Positions 35,325 to 45,707 of a stretch of DNA of 64,000 nt are shown in pieces. The first letter of the stretch is position 1, and the number at the start of each line of letters is the position of its first letter. The notes below the pieces were generated by a model. That model was not told the DNA's origin. It did no database searches and was given only the letters and a program-made list of their open reading frames with translations. The DNA is taken from positions 480,001-544,000 of the forward strand of contig CAWCPV010000007.1 of assembly GCA_963797555.1 (NCBI GenBank), written 5' to 3'. The position numbers and the translations under genes are program-made. This DNA comes from an uncultured Gammaproteobacteria bacterium. GTDB taxonomy: Bacteria > Pseudomonadota > Gammaproteobacteria > CAWCPV01.

Positions 35325-35681
35325 ATGGCATTGCATCCCGAGGTCTTTTACCAAGCACTTGCAGACCTGACGCGCCTGCGCTGTCTTCTGCTTTTGGAAT
35401 CGGAACAGGGGCTCTGCGTCTGCGAGCTGACCTATGCATTGAGGGTGCCCCAGCCCAAGATCTCCCGCCACCTCGCCCAGTTGCGGGAAGCCGGAATCGT
35501 GCGCGACCGGCGCCAGGGGCTGTGGGTCTACTACCGCCTGCATCCAGATCTGCCGGCCTGGGCACGTGCCGTGCTGGCTGAAACTGCCGCGGGCGTGGCG
35601 GGGGAGCTGCCGTTTGCCGAGGACCGCGCTGCGCTCCGGGAGATGCCGAACCGACCCCAAGGGCGCTGCTGCGTCGCCTGA
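35325..35681 (+). CDS. arsR: ArsR-family repressor
   Basis: LADLTRLR, LCVCEL, QPKISRHLAQLR, G.WVYYRL; C-terminal CC. Confidence 0.92.
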   Translation: MALHPEVFYQALADLTRLRCLLLLESEQGLCVCELTYALRVPQPKISRHLAQLREAGIVRDRRQGLWVYYRLHPDLPAWARAVLAETAAGVAGELPFAEDRAALREMPNRPQGRCCVA

Positions 35682-35715
35682 CATAGTCCTGACCATCCCT
35701 TGCCAGGAGTTGCTC

Positions 35716-36246
35716 ATGAGCGGTAACAAGGTCTACAACGTCCTCTTCCTGTGCACCGGGAACACTGCCCGCAGCATCCTGGGCGAGTGCCTGATCAATC
35801 GCTGGGGCGGGGGGAGGTTTCGGGGCTTCAGTGCGGGCAGCCACCCCAAGGGCTATGTCCACCCCCTGACCTTGGAGCTGCTGAGGCGCTTAGATTTCGA
35901 CGCCAGTGGTCTACGCAGCAAGGACTGGGCCGAGTTCGCGGAGCCGGGCGCGCCCCGGATGGATTTCGTGTTCACAGTCTGCGACAAGGCGGCTGCCGAG
36001 GTCTGCCCGATATGGCCGGGCCAGCCCATCACAGCCCACTGGGGGGTGCCCGACCCAGCCGCCGTCGAGGGTGATGAGATCACCCGTCTCAACGCGTTCC
36101 GCCGCACCTTTCGAGAGCTAGAGAACCGTATCAAGATCTTCGTGAGCCTCCCCATCGCCGCGCTGGACCGCCTCAAGCTTAAGCGGGAGCTCGATCGCAT
36201 CGGGCAGGCCAAGCTAGACGACAGCGACGGCGGAACGGCTCCATGA
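35716..36246 (+). CDS. arsC: arsenate reductase (LMW-PTP family)
   Basis: LFLCTGNTARS, TVCDKAAAEVCPIWPG, HWGVPDP. Confidence 0.92.
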   Translation: MSGNKVYNVLFLCTGNTARSILGECLINRWGGGRFRGFSAGSHPKGYVHPLTLELLRRLDFDASGLRSKDWAEFAEPGAPRMDFVFTVCDKAAAEVCPIWPGQPITAHWGVPDPAAVEGDEITRLNAFRRTFRELENRIKIFVSLPIAALDRLKLKRELDRIGQAKLDDSDGGTAP

Positions 36247-37376
36247 GCGCGCAATCCGAAGTCACCGCGAAGAAGGCATCGAGTGCCCGCATGGGCGTCT
36301 TCGAGCGCTACCTCACCGTGTGGGTGTTCTTGTGCATCCTGGCCGGGATCGGCCTGGGCCATCTCTTCCCCGGCGCTTTCCAGGCCGTGGGGAGGCTGGA
36401 GCTCGCCCGCATCAACCTACCCGTGGCGCTGCTCATCTGGCTCATGATCATCCCCATGCTGCTGAAGATCGACCTCAAGGCGCTCAGGGGCGTGGCCCAG
36501 CACTGGCGCGGAGTGGGGGTGACGCTGCTCGTCAACTGGGGCGTGAAGCCGTTCTCGATGGCGCTGCTCGCCTGGCTGTTCATCGGCGGGCTGTTCCGCG
36601 GCTACCTGCCCGCGGGGCAGATCGACTCCTACATCGCCGGCCTCATACTGCTGGCCGCCGCCCCCTGCACCGCCATGGTGTTCGTCTGGAGCCACCTGTC
36701 ACGCGGGGAGCCGCATTTCACGCTCTCCCAGGTGGCGCTGAACAACGTCATCATGGTGTTCGCCTTCGCACCGATCGTGGGGCTGCTGCTGGGGCTCTCC
36801 AGCATCAGCGTGCCCTGGGACACCCTGCTGCTCTCGGTGGCCCTTTACATCGTCGCACCCCTGGCAGTGGCCAGCCTCTGGCGCCGCTCCCTGTTGAACC
36901 ACGAACAAGGCTACGCCCGGCTCGACCGGCTGCTGAAGATCTTGCACCCGCTCTCGCTCTCGGCTCTGCTCGTAACGCTGGTGCTGCTGTTCGGGTTTCA
37001 GGGCGAGCAGATCGTGGCCCAGCCGCTCATCATCGCGCTGCTCGCGGTGCCCATCCTGATCCAGGTGTTCTTCAACGCGGGGCTCGCCTATCTGCTCAAC
37101 CGGGCGGTGCGCTCGCCCCACTGTGTGGCCGGTCCCTCGGCCCTCATCGGCGCGAGCAACTTCTTCGAGCTGGCGGTCGCGACAGCCATTGCGCTGTTCG
37201 GCTTCGAGTCCGGCGCCGCGCTTGCCACGGTCGTGGGCGTGCTCATTGAAGTGCCAGTGATGCTCGCGGCGGTGGGGGTGGTGAACAGGACCCGCGCGTG
37301 GTATGAGCGCCGCGACGGCGTGGTGCCGTACGAAGTGTGCTGTCCGGCGGACCTGCGCCTGCACGCCGGGCATTGA
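36243..37376 (+). CDS. acr3: Acr3 arsenite efflux transporter
   Basis: FERYLTVWV, APCTAMVFVWS, ASNFFELAVA, VGVLIEVPVML. Confidence 0.95.
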   Translation: MSAQSEVTAKKASSARMGVFERYLTVWVFLCILAGIGLGHLFPGAFQAVGRLELARINLPVALLIWLMIIPMLLKIDLKALRGVAQHWRGVGVTLLVNWGVKPFSMALLAWLFIGGLFRGYLPAGQIDSYIAGLILLAAAPCTAMVFVWSHLSRGEPHFTLSQVALNNVIMVFAFAPIVGLLLGLSSISVPWDTLLLSVALYIVAPLAVASLWRRSLLNHEQGYARLDRLLKILHPLSLSALLVTLVLLFGFQGEQIVAQPLIIALLAVPILIQVFFNAGLAYLLNRAVRSPHCVAGPSALIGASNFFELAVATAIALFGFESGAALATVVGVLIEVPVMLAAVGVVNRTRAWYERRDGVVPYEVCCPADLRLHAGH

Positions 37377-37408
37377 ACCCATTATGGGTAATCGGAGGCA
37401 ATGAAGCC

Positions 37409-38074
37409 ATGAAGCAGGAACAGATCACCGCCATGCGCGAGTTCGGCGCCAAGGGTCGGGCCTTCGGCGATCTCTGGGACACGTTCCTGGAGTCCGCCTT
37501 CTTCATCCACGGCCACATCTGCGGCGGCATGCCGCTCGGCTTCCGCGCCGCGCGCAAGGCGCTGGAGGCGCTGGGTGCGGAGCGCGAGCTCAACATGGCG
37601 AAGCTCGCGTTCGTGGAGACGGGCACCGGCCACGCCGCGGGCTGCTTCGCTGACGGCGTGCAACTGGGCACGGGTTGCACCTTCGGCAAGGGACTCATCG
37701 AGCGCACCCAGTACGGCAAGTGGGCACTCACTCTGGTGGACCGTGACAGCGGCAAGGCCGTGCGCGTGTCCGTGCGCCCCGAGGTCATCCAGGCTTCCTT
37801 CCAGTCGCCCTTCGTGCAGCAGCGCAAGCAGGGTGTGCCCCCGACCGAGGTTCCGCTGGAGCTGAGCAAGCCGCTGGTGGAGAAGCTGCTCGCGCGCAGC
37901 GCCGCGGAGCTGTTCAGCGTCTCGGAGGTCTTCGACTATGCGCCGCCGCCGCGCCAGCCGGCGACCTTCAACCTCGTCACCTGCAGCACCTGCGGCGAGG
38001 CGGTGGCAGAGAACAAGGTCCGCATCAAGGACGGCCGGCCGGTGTGCATCCCGTGCTCGGGCTACGGCGGCTGA
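37409..38074 (+). CDS. FmdE-family protein with C-terminal zinc finger
   Basis: HGHICGG, CFADGVQLGTGCTFGKG, CSTCGE...CIPC. Confidence 0.85.
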   Translation: MKQEQITAMREFGAKGRAFGDLWDTFLESAFFIHGHICGGMPLGFRAARKALEALGAERELNMAKLAFVETGTGHAAGCFADGVQLGTGCTFGKGLIERTQYGKWALTLVDRDSGKAVRVSVRPEVIQASFQSPFVQQRKQGVPPTEVPLELSKPLVEKLLARSAAELFSVSEVFDYAPPPRQPATFNLVTCSTCGEAVAENKVRIKDGRPVCIPCSGYGG

Positions 38075-38077
38075 GGC

Positions 38078-38857
38078 ATGACCGCTGCGCCAGAGACCTA
38101 CGTCCTGGCGACCGCGCTGGTGTTCGTCGTCTCGGCGGTGTTCGCGGCCCTGGGGCTCGGCGGCGGCATGCTCTATGTCCCCATCCTCAAATGGCTGGGG
38201 CTGCCGCTCAAGACCGCTGCCATCCCGCTCGGCCTGCTCCTGAACGGCCTCAACACCCTACTCGCCTTCCTGCGCTACGCACGCGAAGGTTTGGTGGACT
38301 TCCGCGGCGGGGCGCCGGCGGCCGTGGCGGCGCTCCTGACCGCGCCGCTCGGTGCTTACTGCGTGCGTTACCTGCCGCGCAATATGCTGATTGCACTGTT
38401 CGCCCTGATGGTAGCGCTCGCGGGGCTACGCAGCCTCGCCGGCCGCAAGCCGGCCATGCGGGTCTTGTCGGGGTTGAAACGCCTCGGGATCGGAGGGGGG
38501 ACCGGTGCCGCCGCCGGCTTTCTCGGCGGGCTGCTCGGCATCGGCGGGGGGTTTCTCATCGCCCCGGTGCTCATGGATCTCGGCTACGAACCCAAGCAGG
38601 CCGCCGGCACCACCGCCTTCGTAGTGACCTTCTCCTCGTTCTCGGGTTTCCTGGGGCACGCTTTCGGGGCGCTGCCGCCGCTGCGGCTCCTACTGCTTAC
38701 GGTGTTCGCGGTGATTGTGGGATCGCAGCTCGGGGCCTGGTTCATGGCGCGCAAGGCGCAGCCGCAGTGGGTGCGGGCGGCTTATGGGGTGCTGCTCCTC
38801 GGGGTGGCCGTGAGGCTCGGCTGGGAGCTTCTCGCGCCGCGGCTTCTGGGAGGATGA
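38078..38857 (+). CDS. TauE/SafE-family sulfite exporter
   Basis: LGLGGGMLYVP and GLLGIGGGFLIAP repeats; multiple transmembrane helices. Confidence 0.88.
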   Translation: MTAAPETYVLATALVFVVSAVFAALGLGGGMLYVPILKWLGLPLKTAAIPLGLLLNGLNTLLAFLRYAREGLVDFRGGAPAAVAALLTAPLGAYCVRYLPRNMLIALFALMVALAGLRSLAGRKPAMRVLSGLKRLGIGGGTGAAAGFLGGLLGIGGGFLIAPVLMDLGYEPKQAAGTTAFVVTFSSFSGFLGHAFGALPPLRLLLLTVFAVIVGSQLGAWFMARKAQPQWVRAAYGVLLLGVAVRLGWELLAPRLLGG

Positions 38858-39079
38858 GATGCAAGCCCATCTTGAGTTCCGTGCTCACCTGTCCGCACTG
38901 CGGCGTGCGCACCGAGGAGACCATGCCCGACGGACGCCTGCCAGTGGTTCTACGAATGCGCTGGTTGCGGGCGGCTGCTGCGGCCCAAGCCGGGCGACTG
39001 CTGCGTGTTCTGCTCCTATGGCAGTGCGCCCTGCCCCCCGATGCAGCAGGAGCTGACCCATGTTCGAGATCCTCGCTAA
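38853..39079 (+). CDS. GDCCVxC-domain small metal-binding protein (frameshift near 38925)
   Basis: SVLTCPHCG..TEETMP + DACQWFYEC.GCG.LLRPKPGDCCVFCSYG..PCPP. Confidence 0.8.
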
Positions 39080-39551
39080 CCGCCTCGTCTATCAGGCGTT
39101 GGGCTAGGACCCACAGAGCATAGCGGGGGCGGCGTTACACTTCTTGGTCATGGGACGTCACCAGATCCTGGTGTTGCTGACCGCGGTTATCTACACGACC
39201 AAGTGTACTCCTACGCAGCGTACACGTTGGATCATCCCGGAATGGCGGAGCATCCCTGTGCCGAAGGCGGCGTTCAACTGGACGCCGAGGTAGCCCATCA
39301 CCTTGGTGAAGACCAGGCTCCTGGCGATGGGTCCGATGTCCATGTAGAGCATCCGGGGCGGCCGAGGCGAATGCCTGGCTGATGCGCTTCCTGACCCGCA
39401 GTGACGGGGGTCCAGGAATGAGCCGTGCAAAAGGGAAGCCTTTTGCGCGGTTTGTTGTTGATCTTTAAGACGTTGATTTATTTAATGCTCGAAGCGAGCA
39501 AAAGGGTCTGGCACGGATACGGATAACGGGCACGGACCCGACGGCGGCAAG

Positions 39552-39836
39552 TCATTTCTTCATTTCCTCCTGCTTCATCTTTTCGTCCATGACGGCTTCT
39601 TTCTTCATGGCGTGCGCTTTAACGTCACCTTTCTTCATATCTTTTCTGGCCATGCCGGTCGGCATCGGTTGGTTCATGTTCATGGGCTGTTGCGATTCGG
39701 TCCGTGTCATCTTGTTCAACTCGATGTCGCCCGCATCGGTTTGGCCGGGCGCCGGCGGCGTGTTCTTCTCGGCGGCGAGCGACGGCAGAGGCCACGCCAG
39801 CGCCAGGACGAGCGCGGCGATGAAGCGTTTTTTCAT
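39552..39836 (-). CDS. small secreted Met/Lys-rich protein (MXKDX-like)
   Basis: Signal peptide; MARKDMKK, AMKKEAVMDEKMK. Confidence 0.65.
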   Translation of the reverse strand: MKKRFIAALVLALAWPLPSLAAEKNTPPAPGQTDAGDIELNKMTRTESQQPMNMNQPMPTGMARKDMKKGDVKAHAMKKEAVMDEKMKQEEMKK

Positions 39837-39844
39837 GCCGTGCC

Positions 39845-40606
39845 TCACAAGCCGGAGAACCAGTTGTAACCCATGTCCTCCCAGTAGCCGCCCGGGTAGA
39901 CGTTGGTGACGAAGATTTCCGCGATATGTTTCGGGTTCTTGAAACCGAGCTTGGTGGGAATCCGCAGCTTCATGGGGAAGCCATACTTGGCGGGCAATAT
40001 CTCGTCGGCGTACTTGAAGGTCAATTGCGTCTGCGGGTGCAGCGCAGTGGCCATGTCGATGCTGGTGTAATAGTAGTCGAGGCAGCGGAAACCGACGTAT
40101 CTGGCCGACAGGTCGGCGCCGACGCGCTCGAGGAAGTAGCGGAACGGCACTCCGCTCCATTTGCCGATGGCGCTCCAGCCCTCGACGCACACGTGGCGGG
40201 TGATCTGCGACACCTGGGGTAGGGCGTAGAGCTGCGGCAGCGACCAGGGTTTTCGGTCGCGGATCAGGCCGCCGAGCATCAGCCGGTATCGCGCGGCGTC
40301 GACCCGGGGGACCTCGTCTTCGGCGTAATAGGCGTTGAACGGAAACGGCTTGGTGATCGCGCTTTCCGGGTAGACCGGCGCGAGCTTGTCGGGATTGAAC
40401 AGCCAGCCTTGCACGCGGTCGTTCCATTTCGACATGGCCCACAGCGTCTTATGCACCGCGTTGACGTCGGTGACGTCACATCCGGTGAGCAACGCCAGGG
40501 CCCCGAGGCTCAGCGAACGCTTGAGGAACAGCCGGCGCTCGATGAGCTGGATTTGTTTCGGGGGAACGGTCGCGAGAGCGGTGTAGCGGCGCGGGCGTTG
40601 CTTCAT
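39845..40606 (-). CDS. molybdopterin-dependent oxidoreductase (sulfite-oxidase family)
   Basis: Tat-like RRLFLK; HVCVEGWS, YYTSIDMATALHPQT, GFPMKLRIPTKLGFKNPK. Confidence 0.88.
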   Translation of the reverse strand: MKQRPRRYTALATVPPKQIQLIERRLFLKRSLSLGALALLTGCDVTDVNAVHKTLWAMSKWNDRVQGWLFNPDKLAPVYPESAITKPFPFNAYYAEDEVPRVDAARYRLMLGGLIRDRKPWSLPQLYALPQVSQITRHVCVEGWSAIGKWSGVPFRYFLERVGADLSARYVGFRCLDYYYTSIDMATALHPQTQLTFKYADEILPAKYGFPMKLRIPTKLGFKNPKHIAEIFVTNVYPGGYWEDMGYNWFSGL

Positions 40607-41262
40607 GTTGCTGTCGTGCCTTCCGGCAACGTGGAATCGCGCGGTGCGCGGCCGGTGAATATGGGCGGGAGCGTGCTCGGCACCAGGACCACCAGGGTGA
40701 GGTGGATCACGATGAAGCCGACGACGCCGGCCATGGCGAAAAAGTGCACCAAGCGCGCGCCTTCGTATCCGCCCATCAGCGCGGCCAAGCCCTGGAACTG
40801 CACCGGTTTCCAGATGCTGAGCCCGGACAGCACCAACACCACGCCGAGCAGGATGACCACGACGTAGGCCAACTTCTGTATCGCGTTGTAACTGCCGAGG
40901 CGATGTGAAAGGTGCCCGCGCAGCAGGTTGCCGAATTCGCGCGCGATGGCGCGCGGCGTGAGCGGGAAGAAGTTGTGCCGATAATGGCCGGAGAAAATGC
41001 CATAAAGCACGTACACGACGCCGTTCGTCACCAGCAGCCACATCGCCGCGAAATGCCATTGCAGCGCGCCGGCGAGCCAGCCGCCCAGGGTCAGGCTGTC
41101 CGGAAATTGAAAGGGGAACAGCGGCGAGGCGTCGTAGATGCGCCACCCGCTCAGAATCATGACGAAGATCGCGAACGCGTTGACCCAGTGGCCGATGCGC
41201 ACCGCTAGCGGGTGGATCACGGCGCGCGGTGGTTCAGGCGGATGGTCGACGTCAGACTCCAT
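40603..41262 (-). CDS. cytochrome b/b6-domain membrane subunit
   Basis: HPLAVRIGHWVNA, QWHFAAMW, YNAIQKLAY, ARLVHFF. Confidence 0.88.
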   Translation of the reverse strand: MESDVDHPPEPPRAVIHPLAVRIGHWVNAFAIFVMILSGWRIYDASPLFPFQFPDSLTLGGWLAGALQWHFAAMWLLVTNGVVYVLYGIFSGHYRHNFFPLTPRAIAREFGNLLRGHLSHRLGSYNAIQKLAYVVVILLGVVLVLSGLSIWKPVQFQGLAALMGGYEGARLVHFFAMAGVVGFIVIHLTLVVLVPSTLPPIFTGRAPRDSTLPEGTTAT

Positions 41263-41334
41263 TGACGCTCTCCGATCTGACCGCGTAACGGGTCAGGCAG
41301 GCAACACAATAGGACGGTCACGCGTGAAATGCCA

Positions 41335-41534
41335 TGTATAGCTCCGATTTCTCTGGACACGAGGAGAAGTGATACTTGAAGTGTCGTGCAGAGGAGATCG
41401 GAGATGACCAAGAAGTCTGCGTTGAGCGGAGAGCAGCGTTCGCAGCTTGTGTTGCGGCTCTTGAGCAAGGAAGAACCGGCGGCCCAGATCGCGCGCCGGG
41501 CTGGGGTGTCGGAGCAGAGCCTGTACCGCTGGCG
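41335..41534 (+). mobile_element. IS3-family left end with truncated orfA
   Basis: TG...GGACAC end; HTH AQIARRAGVSEQSLYRWR starting at 41404. Confidence 0.7.
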
Positions 41535-41684
41535 TGAGAGGGTTGTGAAGAAATCGTCGCGAGCGGATCCGGGAATGCAAGGCGCCCGGCAGCGAGGGAC
41601 GAGACAATACAAGGGACTACGAGGATGCGAGCGGGGAGGGACGCTGCACACGGGCTCCGCAGCAGATTTGTTCACAACCTCTCA
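41535..41684. mobile_element. MITE-like element
   Basis: Imperfect terminal IRs TGAGAGGGTTGTGAAGAAATC / GATTTGTTCACAACCTCTCA, 150 bp end to end; no coding content. Confidence 0.65.
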
Positions 41685-41900
41685 GCGGGCTTCGGGCCGG
41701 GTCGGAGGCTCGGCGCCTTGCACCAGCGGGATCACGCGCTCGCCGCCGGCGCCTCGCAGGACCACCCGTCCGAGATCGATGGCCTGCACTCTCAGCCCGC
41801 TGACCTGGTCTCCTACGCGGCAGGGGCGTCCGTCGATAATGGCGATGGCGTGATGATCATTCACCATGATGGCGCTTACGTGAAGCGATCCACCCAGAAA
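41682..41900 (-). pseudogene. fragment resembling a MshK/GspB-type C-terminal domain
   Basis: VSAIMV...AIIDG....VGDQVSGLRVQAID.GRVVL; no clear start. Confidence 0.45.
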
Positions 41901-42026
41901 ACGCGTCGGAAGCCTATGAGGTGTCGGGGACGCACCGCGCCGCGTAACCAGTCCCGACCGCGGAAGGACCCACTGCCGCCCGCCGGTCCTTTCTCCCGAT
42001 CCCCGATAAATGATTACTGATGCCGT

Positions 42027-42887
42027 ATGGTACTGCCCGCCTTCCACCCGGCGGTAGCTGCCTGGTTCGGCAGGAACTTCCCGCAGCCCACCGCCCCGCA
42101 GACTGCCGCCTGGCCCGCGATCCAGGCGCGGCGGCACACGCTCATCGCCGCCCCCACCGGGTCCGGCAAGACCCTGGCGGCGTTTCTCGCCGCCATCGAC
42201 GACCTGGTGCGGCAGGGAGAGGTCGCAACGCTGCTCGACGCCACCCAGGTCGTCTACGTCTCTCCGCTCAAGGCGCTCAGCAACGACATCCAGCGCAACC
42301 TCGAGGCTCCGCTGGAAGGCATCCGGCAGGAGCTGGCCGCGGGCGGCTATCCCGATGTCGTCGTCCGCACCCTGGTGCGCACCGGGGACACCCCCCCGGC
42401 GGTGCGCCAGGCCATGCTGCGCCGCCCGCCGCACATCCTGGTGACCACGCCCGAATCGCTTTATATCCTGCTTACCAGCGACGGCGGTCGCAGGATGCTG
42501 GCGACGACGCGCACCGTCATCGTCGACGAGATCCATGCCGTCGCCGGAGCCAAGCGCGGCTCGCACTTGGCGCTCACGCTGGAGCGCCTGGAGGCTCTGA
42601 CCGGACCGGGGCTAGTGCGCATCGGGCTGTCGGCCACGCAGCATCCTATCGAGGAGGTGGCGCGGTTTCTGGTGGGGAGCGCAAGCTCCTCGTCGGAGTG
42701 CGCGATCATCGATTCCGGCCATATCCGCGATCGCGATCTGGCCATCGAGGTTCCCGGCTCTCCGCTGGGAGGCGGTGATGTCGGCCGAGGTGCGCGAGGA
42801 GGTGTACGACCGCGTGGCCGAGCTGATCCAATCTCATCGCACCACGCTGGTGTTCGTCAACACCCGGCGCATGGCGGAGCGGGTTGA
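42027..42887 (+). pseudogene. lhr: Lhr-family helicase, 3'-truncated
   Basis: [28 protein letters not shown]...KRGSHL, LSATQ; breaks off after [11 protein letters not shown]. Confidence 0.88.
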
Positions 42888-43340
42888 ATCCAGGCCCGAC
42901 ACTCCTGGGTTATCCTGGACGCACAGCGCAGCGGGTGGCTGAGCCGCGGGCTGTGACATGGCACCGCGCATCGCCGTTGGACACGTCCTGCGGACGCGCG
43001 GCCGGGTCCAAGACAGGATGAACAGGATATGCGGGCGTGCTCCGGGCGCGGGGCTGGGTTCGGGCTCGGCAGGGCATTCCTGACGCCCGGCGGGCCGGGC
43101 CGTATCCTGCGCAGGCCCGGTGCTTTCCACCAACGTGCCGTACTCCCTGTCCGCACGCGCTGGGGGGATGCTTCGTCAGTCCAGCGTTCGGGGAGCAGGG
43201 TCCGCGCCGCCCGGCCCACGGCATGGGCATGGCAGCCGATCAGCGGGGCCGGCACGCCCGCGTATCGCCGGCGTCTGTCAGGCTTCAGGGCGTCAGGCCC
43301 GCTAATTTGCGGTGTCACGGCTGCGTGGCAGGAGGAAGAG

Positions 43341-44297
43341 ATGCGCGCGATGGTGCTTCCCAAGTTTGGTGGTCCGGAGCTCTTCGAGCTTCGCGAGATG
43401 GACCGGCCCCGGCCCGGACCCGGCGAGGTGGTGGTCCGCGTGATCGCGTCGGGGACCAACCCGGTGGACGCGAAGCTGCGGGCGAACGGGACATGGGCGA
43501 AGCTGACACCGCCCGTGGTACTGGGCTACGACGCGGCGGGCGTGGTCGCGGAAGTGGGCGCGGGTGTCAGCGCCTTCAAGCCGGGCGATGAGGTGTGGTA
43601 CACCCCCGAGGTCCTCGGCAACCCGCTCGGCACCTATGCGGAGTACAACGTCACCCGAGCCTCGATTGTCGCCAAGAAGCCCAAGGGGCTGTCGTTCGTG
43701 GAAGCCGCCGCCATCCCTCTGGCCGGCGGCACGGCTTGGGAGGCGGTGCTCCGGCGGCTTCAGGTGCGCCCGGGCGAGACCGTCCTGATCCACGGTGCCG
43801 CGGGCGGCGTGGGCTCGTTCGCCGTGCAGTTCGCCAAAGCGGCCGGAGCGCGGGTCCTGGCCACGGCGAGCCCCAATAATCTCGGTACGCTGCGCGAGCT
43901 GGGGGCCGACGTGGCGATCGACTATCGCGGGCAGGACGTTTCGGAGGTGGCGCTCGCCGAGACCGACGGCCAGGGGGTCGACGCCGCCTTCGATATCGAG
44001 GGAGACAACCGCGTGGCGCGCTGCTTGCCGGCGCTGCGGCCGTTCGGGCGCGTCGCTTGCATCCTGCCGCCTCAAGGAGATCTGACACTCCTCTATCAGA
44101 AGAACATCGCCGTCCACGGGGTGTTCTTGACCCGCGAACGTCGCCGCTTGGACGAGATGCGCCCGCTGTTCGAGCGCGGACAAGCGCGCCCGCTGATCGA
44201 TGCGGTGCTGCCGCTCGAAGAGGTGCGCAAGGCGCACGAGCGCCTGGACTCCCACCACGGTCGGGGCAAGCTGGTTCTGCAGGTCGCCGACGGCTGA
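43341..44297 (+). CDS. MDR-family zinc-type alcohol dehydrogenase / quinone oxidoreductase
   Basis: NPVDAK, LGYDAAGVV, HGAAGGVG, GKLVL. Confidence 0.9.
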   Translation: MRAMVLPKFGGPELFELREMDRPRPGPGEVVVRVIASGTNPVDAKLRANGTWAKLTPPVVLGYDAAGVVAEVGAGVSAFKPGDEVWYTPEVLGNPLGTYAEYNVTRASIVAKKPKGLSFVEAAAIPLAGGTAWEAVLRRLQVRPGETVLIHGAAGGVGSFAVQFAKAAGARVLATASPNNLGTLRELGADVAIDYRGQDVSEVALAETDGQGVDAAFDIEGDNRVARCLPALRPFGRVACILPPQGDLTLLYQKNIAVHGVFLTRERRRLDEMRPLFERGQARPLIDAVLPLEEVRKAHERLDSHHGRGKLVLQVADG

Positions 44298-44635
44298 CCG
44301 CCTCGGCCCATCCCGCCGGTTTTACCCAGCGCCAGACGCAGGAGGCGCTGGTCTGCCCGCAGAGGAAGCTCTCTCAACGGCAGCCGCAGCAGCGGCCACA
44401 GCAACGGGGTGTTCCTCTGGCCGCAGAGAAGGTGGCGTTGCGAGCAGCCGGCGCGTGCGGGTTACGGGTAGGGTAAGCTACTGGCGAGCCGGAGCCTCGG
44501 ACCCGCGGACACGCATCCGACGGGAGAATGTCCGTGGCAGGGGGTCGCGGGCTTCCCCATCGCTCCGGGGAAAGCGCACGGGCGCGCGGTCGGGTGCGGT
44601 CGTGACCGACCGCTTCCGACCCAGAGAAGCTGGGG

Positions 44636-45691
44636 ATGAGGATGAGCAAGACACGCTTGAGAGTGACGCTGCTGCTCCTGCTGGTGGTGGGCGGGCTGGG
44701 AGCGGGCGCATGGTTCTGGCGGTCGCGGTCGGGAGGCGCCGCCCCCGATGTCCTCGTGATCTATGGGAACGTGGACATCCGCCAGGTGCAGCTCGCCTTC
44801 AACGGCGCCGAGCGGATCGCCCGGATGCTGGTGCAGGAGGGCGACCCGGTGCGGGCGGGTCAGCTCGTGGCGGAGCTGGACACCCGGCGTCTGGATCTGG
44901 CGGTGGCCAATACGGCGTCCCAGGTGGAATCCCAGCGGCAGGTGCTGGCCCGCCTGGAGGCGGGCACGCGCCCGGAGGATATCAAGAAGGTTCGCGCCGA
45001 CTTCGAGGCCGCCCAGGTGGAAGCCGGCAACGCCCAACGCAACGACCAGCGGCTGCGGGACCTGGCAGCCAGGCACCTCGCCTCCCAGGAGCAGGCCGAC
45101 AACGCGCGCGCGGCAGCCGATGCAGCCGCGGCCCGGCAACGGGCGGCCGCGGAGACGCTGGCTCTGGCAGTGGCCGGGCCCCGCAAGGAGGACATCGCCG
45201 CTGCGCGGGCCACGCTGGAGGCCCTCCAGGCCCAGCTCGCCCTGGAGCGCCGCAAGCTGGCGGATGCGGAGCTGTATGCGCCGGCCAGCGCCGTCGTCCA
45301 GGACCGCCTTCTCGAGCCGGGAGACATGGCCTCCCCGGACCGGCCGGTGTACACGCTGGCCCTCGTCGACCCCCTCTGGGTGCGGGCCTACGTCAGCGAG
45401 CCCGACCTCGGGAAGATCCGACCTGGAATGGCCGCCCGGGTGACCACGGACAGCTTCCCAGGGAGGACCTACCGGGCCTGGATCGGCTTCATCTCGCCTA
45501 CTGCCGAGTTCACCCCCAAGTCCGTGGAGACGAGGGAGGTGCGCACGCAACTCGTCTATCAGGTCCGAGTGTACGTCTGCAACCCCCGGAACGAGCTGCG
45601 CCTCGGTATGCCGGCCACCGTCACCATTCCTCTGCAGCAGCCCCCAGTCAAGGCAGGGAGTGCGGCGACCGGCCATTGCCAGGGCTCCTGA
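44636..45691 (+). CDS. HlyD-family membrane fusion protein (YbhG-like)
   Basis: YGNVDIRQVQLAF, ISPTAEFTPKSVET, LRLGMPATV. Confidence 0.9.
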   Translation: MRMSKTRLRVTLLLLLVVGGLGAGAWFWRSRSGGAAPDVLVIYGNVDIRQVQLAFNGAERIARMLVQEGDPVRAGQLVAELDTRRLDLAVANTASQVESQRQVLARLEAGTRPEDIKKVRADFEAAQVEAGNAQRNDQRLRDLAARHLASQEQADNARAAADAAAARQRAAAETLALAVAGPRKEDIAAARATLEALQAQLALERRKLADAELYAPASAVVQDRLLEPGDMASPDRPVYTLALVDPLWVRAYVSEPDLGKIRPGMAARVTTDSFPGRTYRAWIGFISPTAEFTPKSVETREVRTQLVYQVRVYVCNPRNELRLGMPATVTIPLQQPPVKAGSAATGHCQGS

Positions 45692-45707
45692 GCACGAGGG
45701 GGCGGAG

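Noticed and set aside
39191-39430. Small minus-strand ORF
   Set aside because: No good start or recognisable family; possibly a gene fragment.
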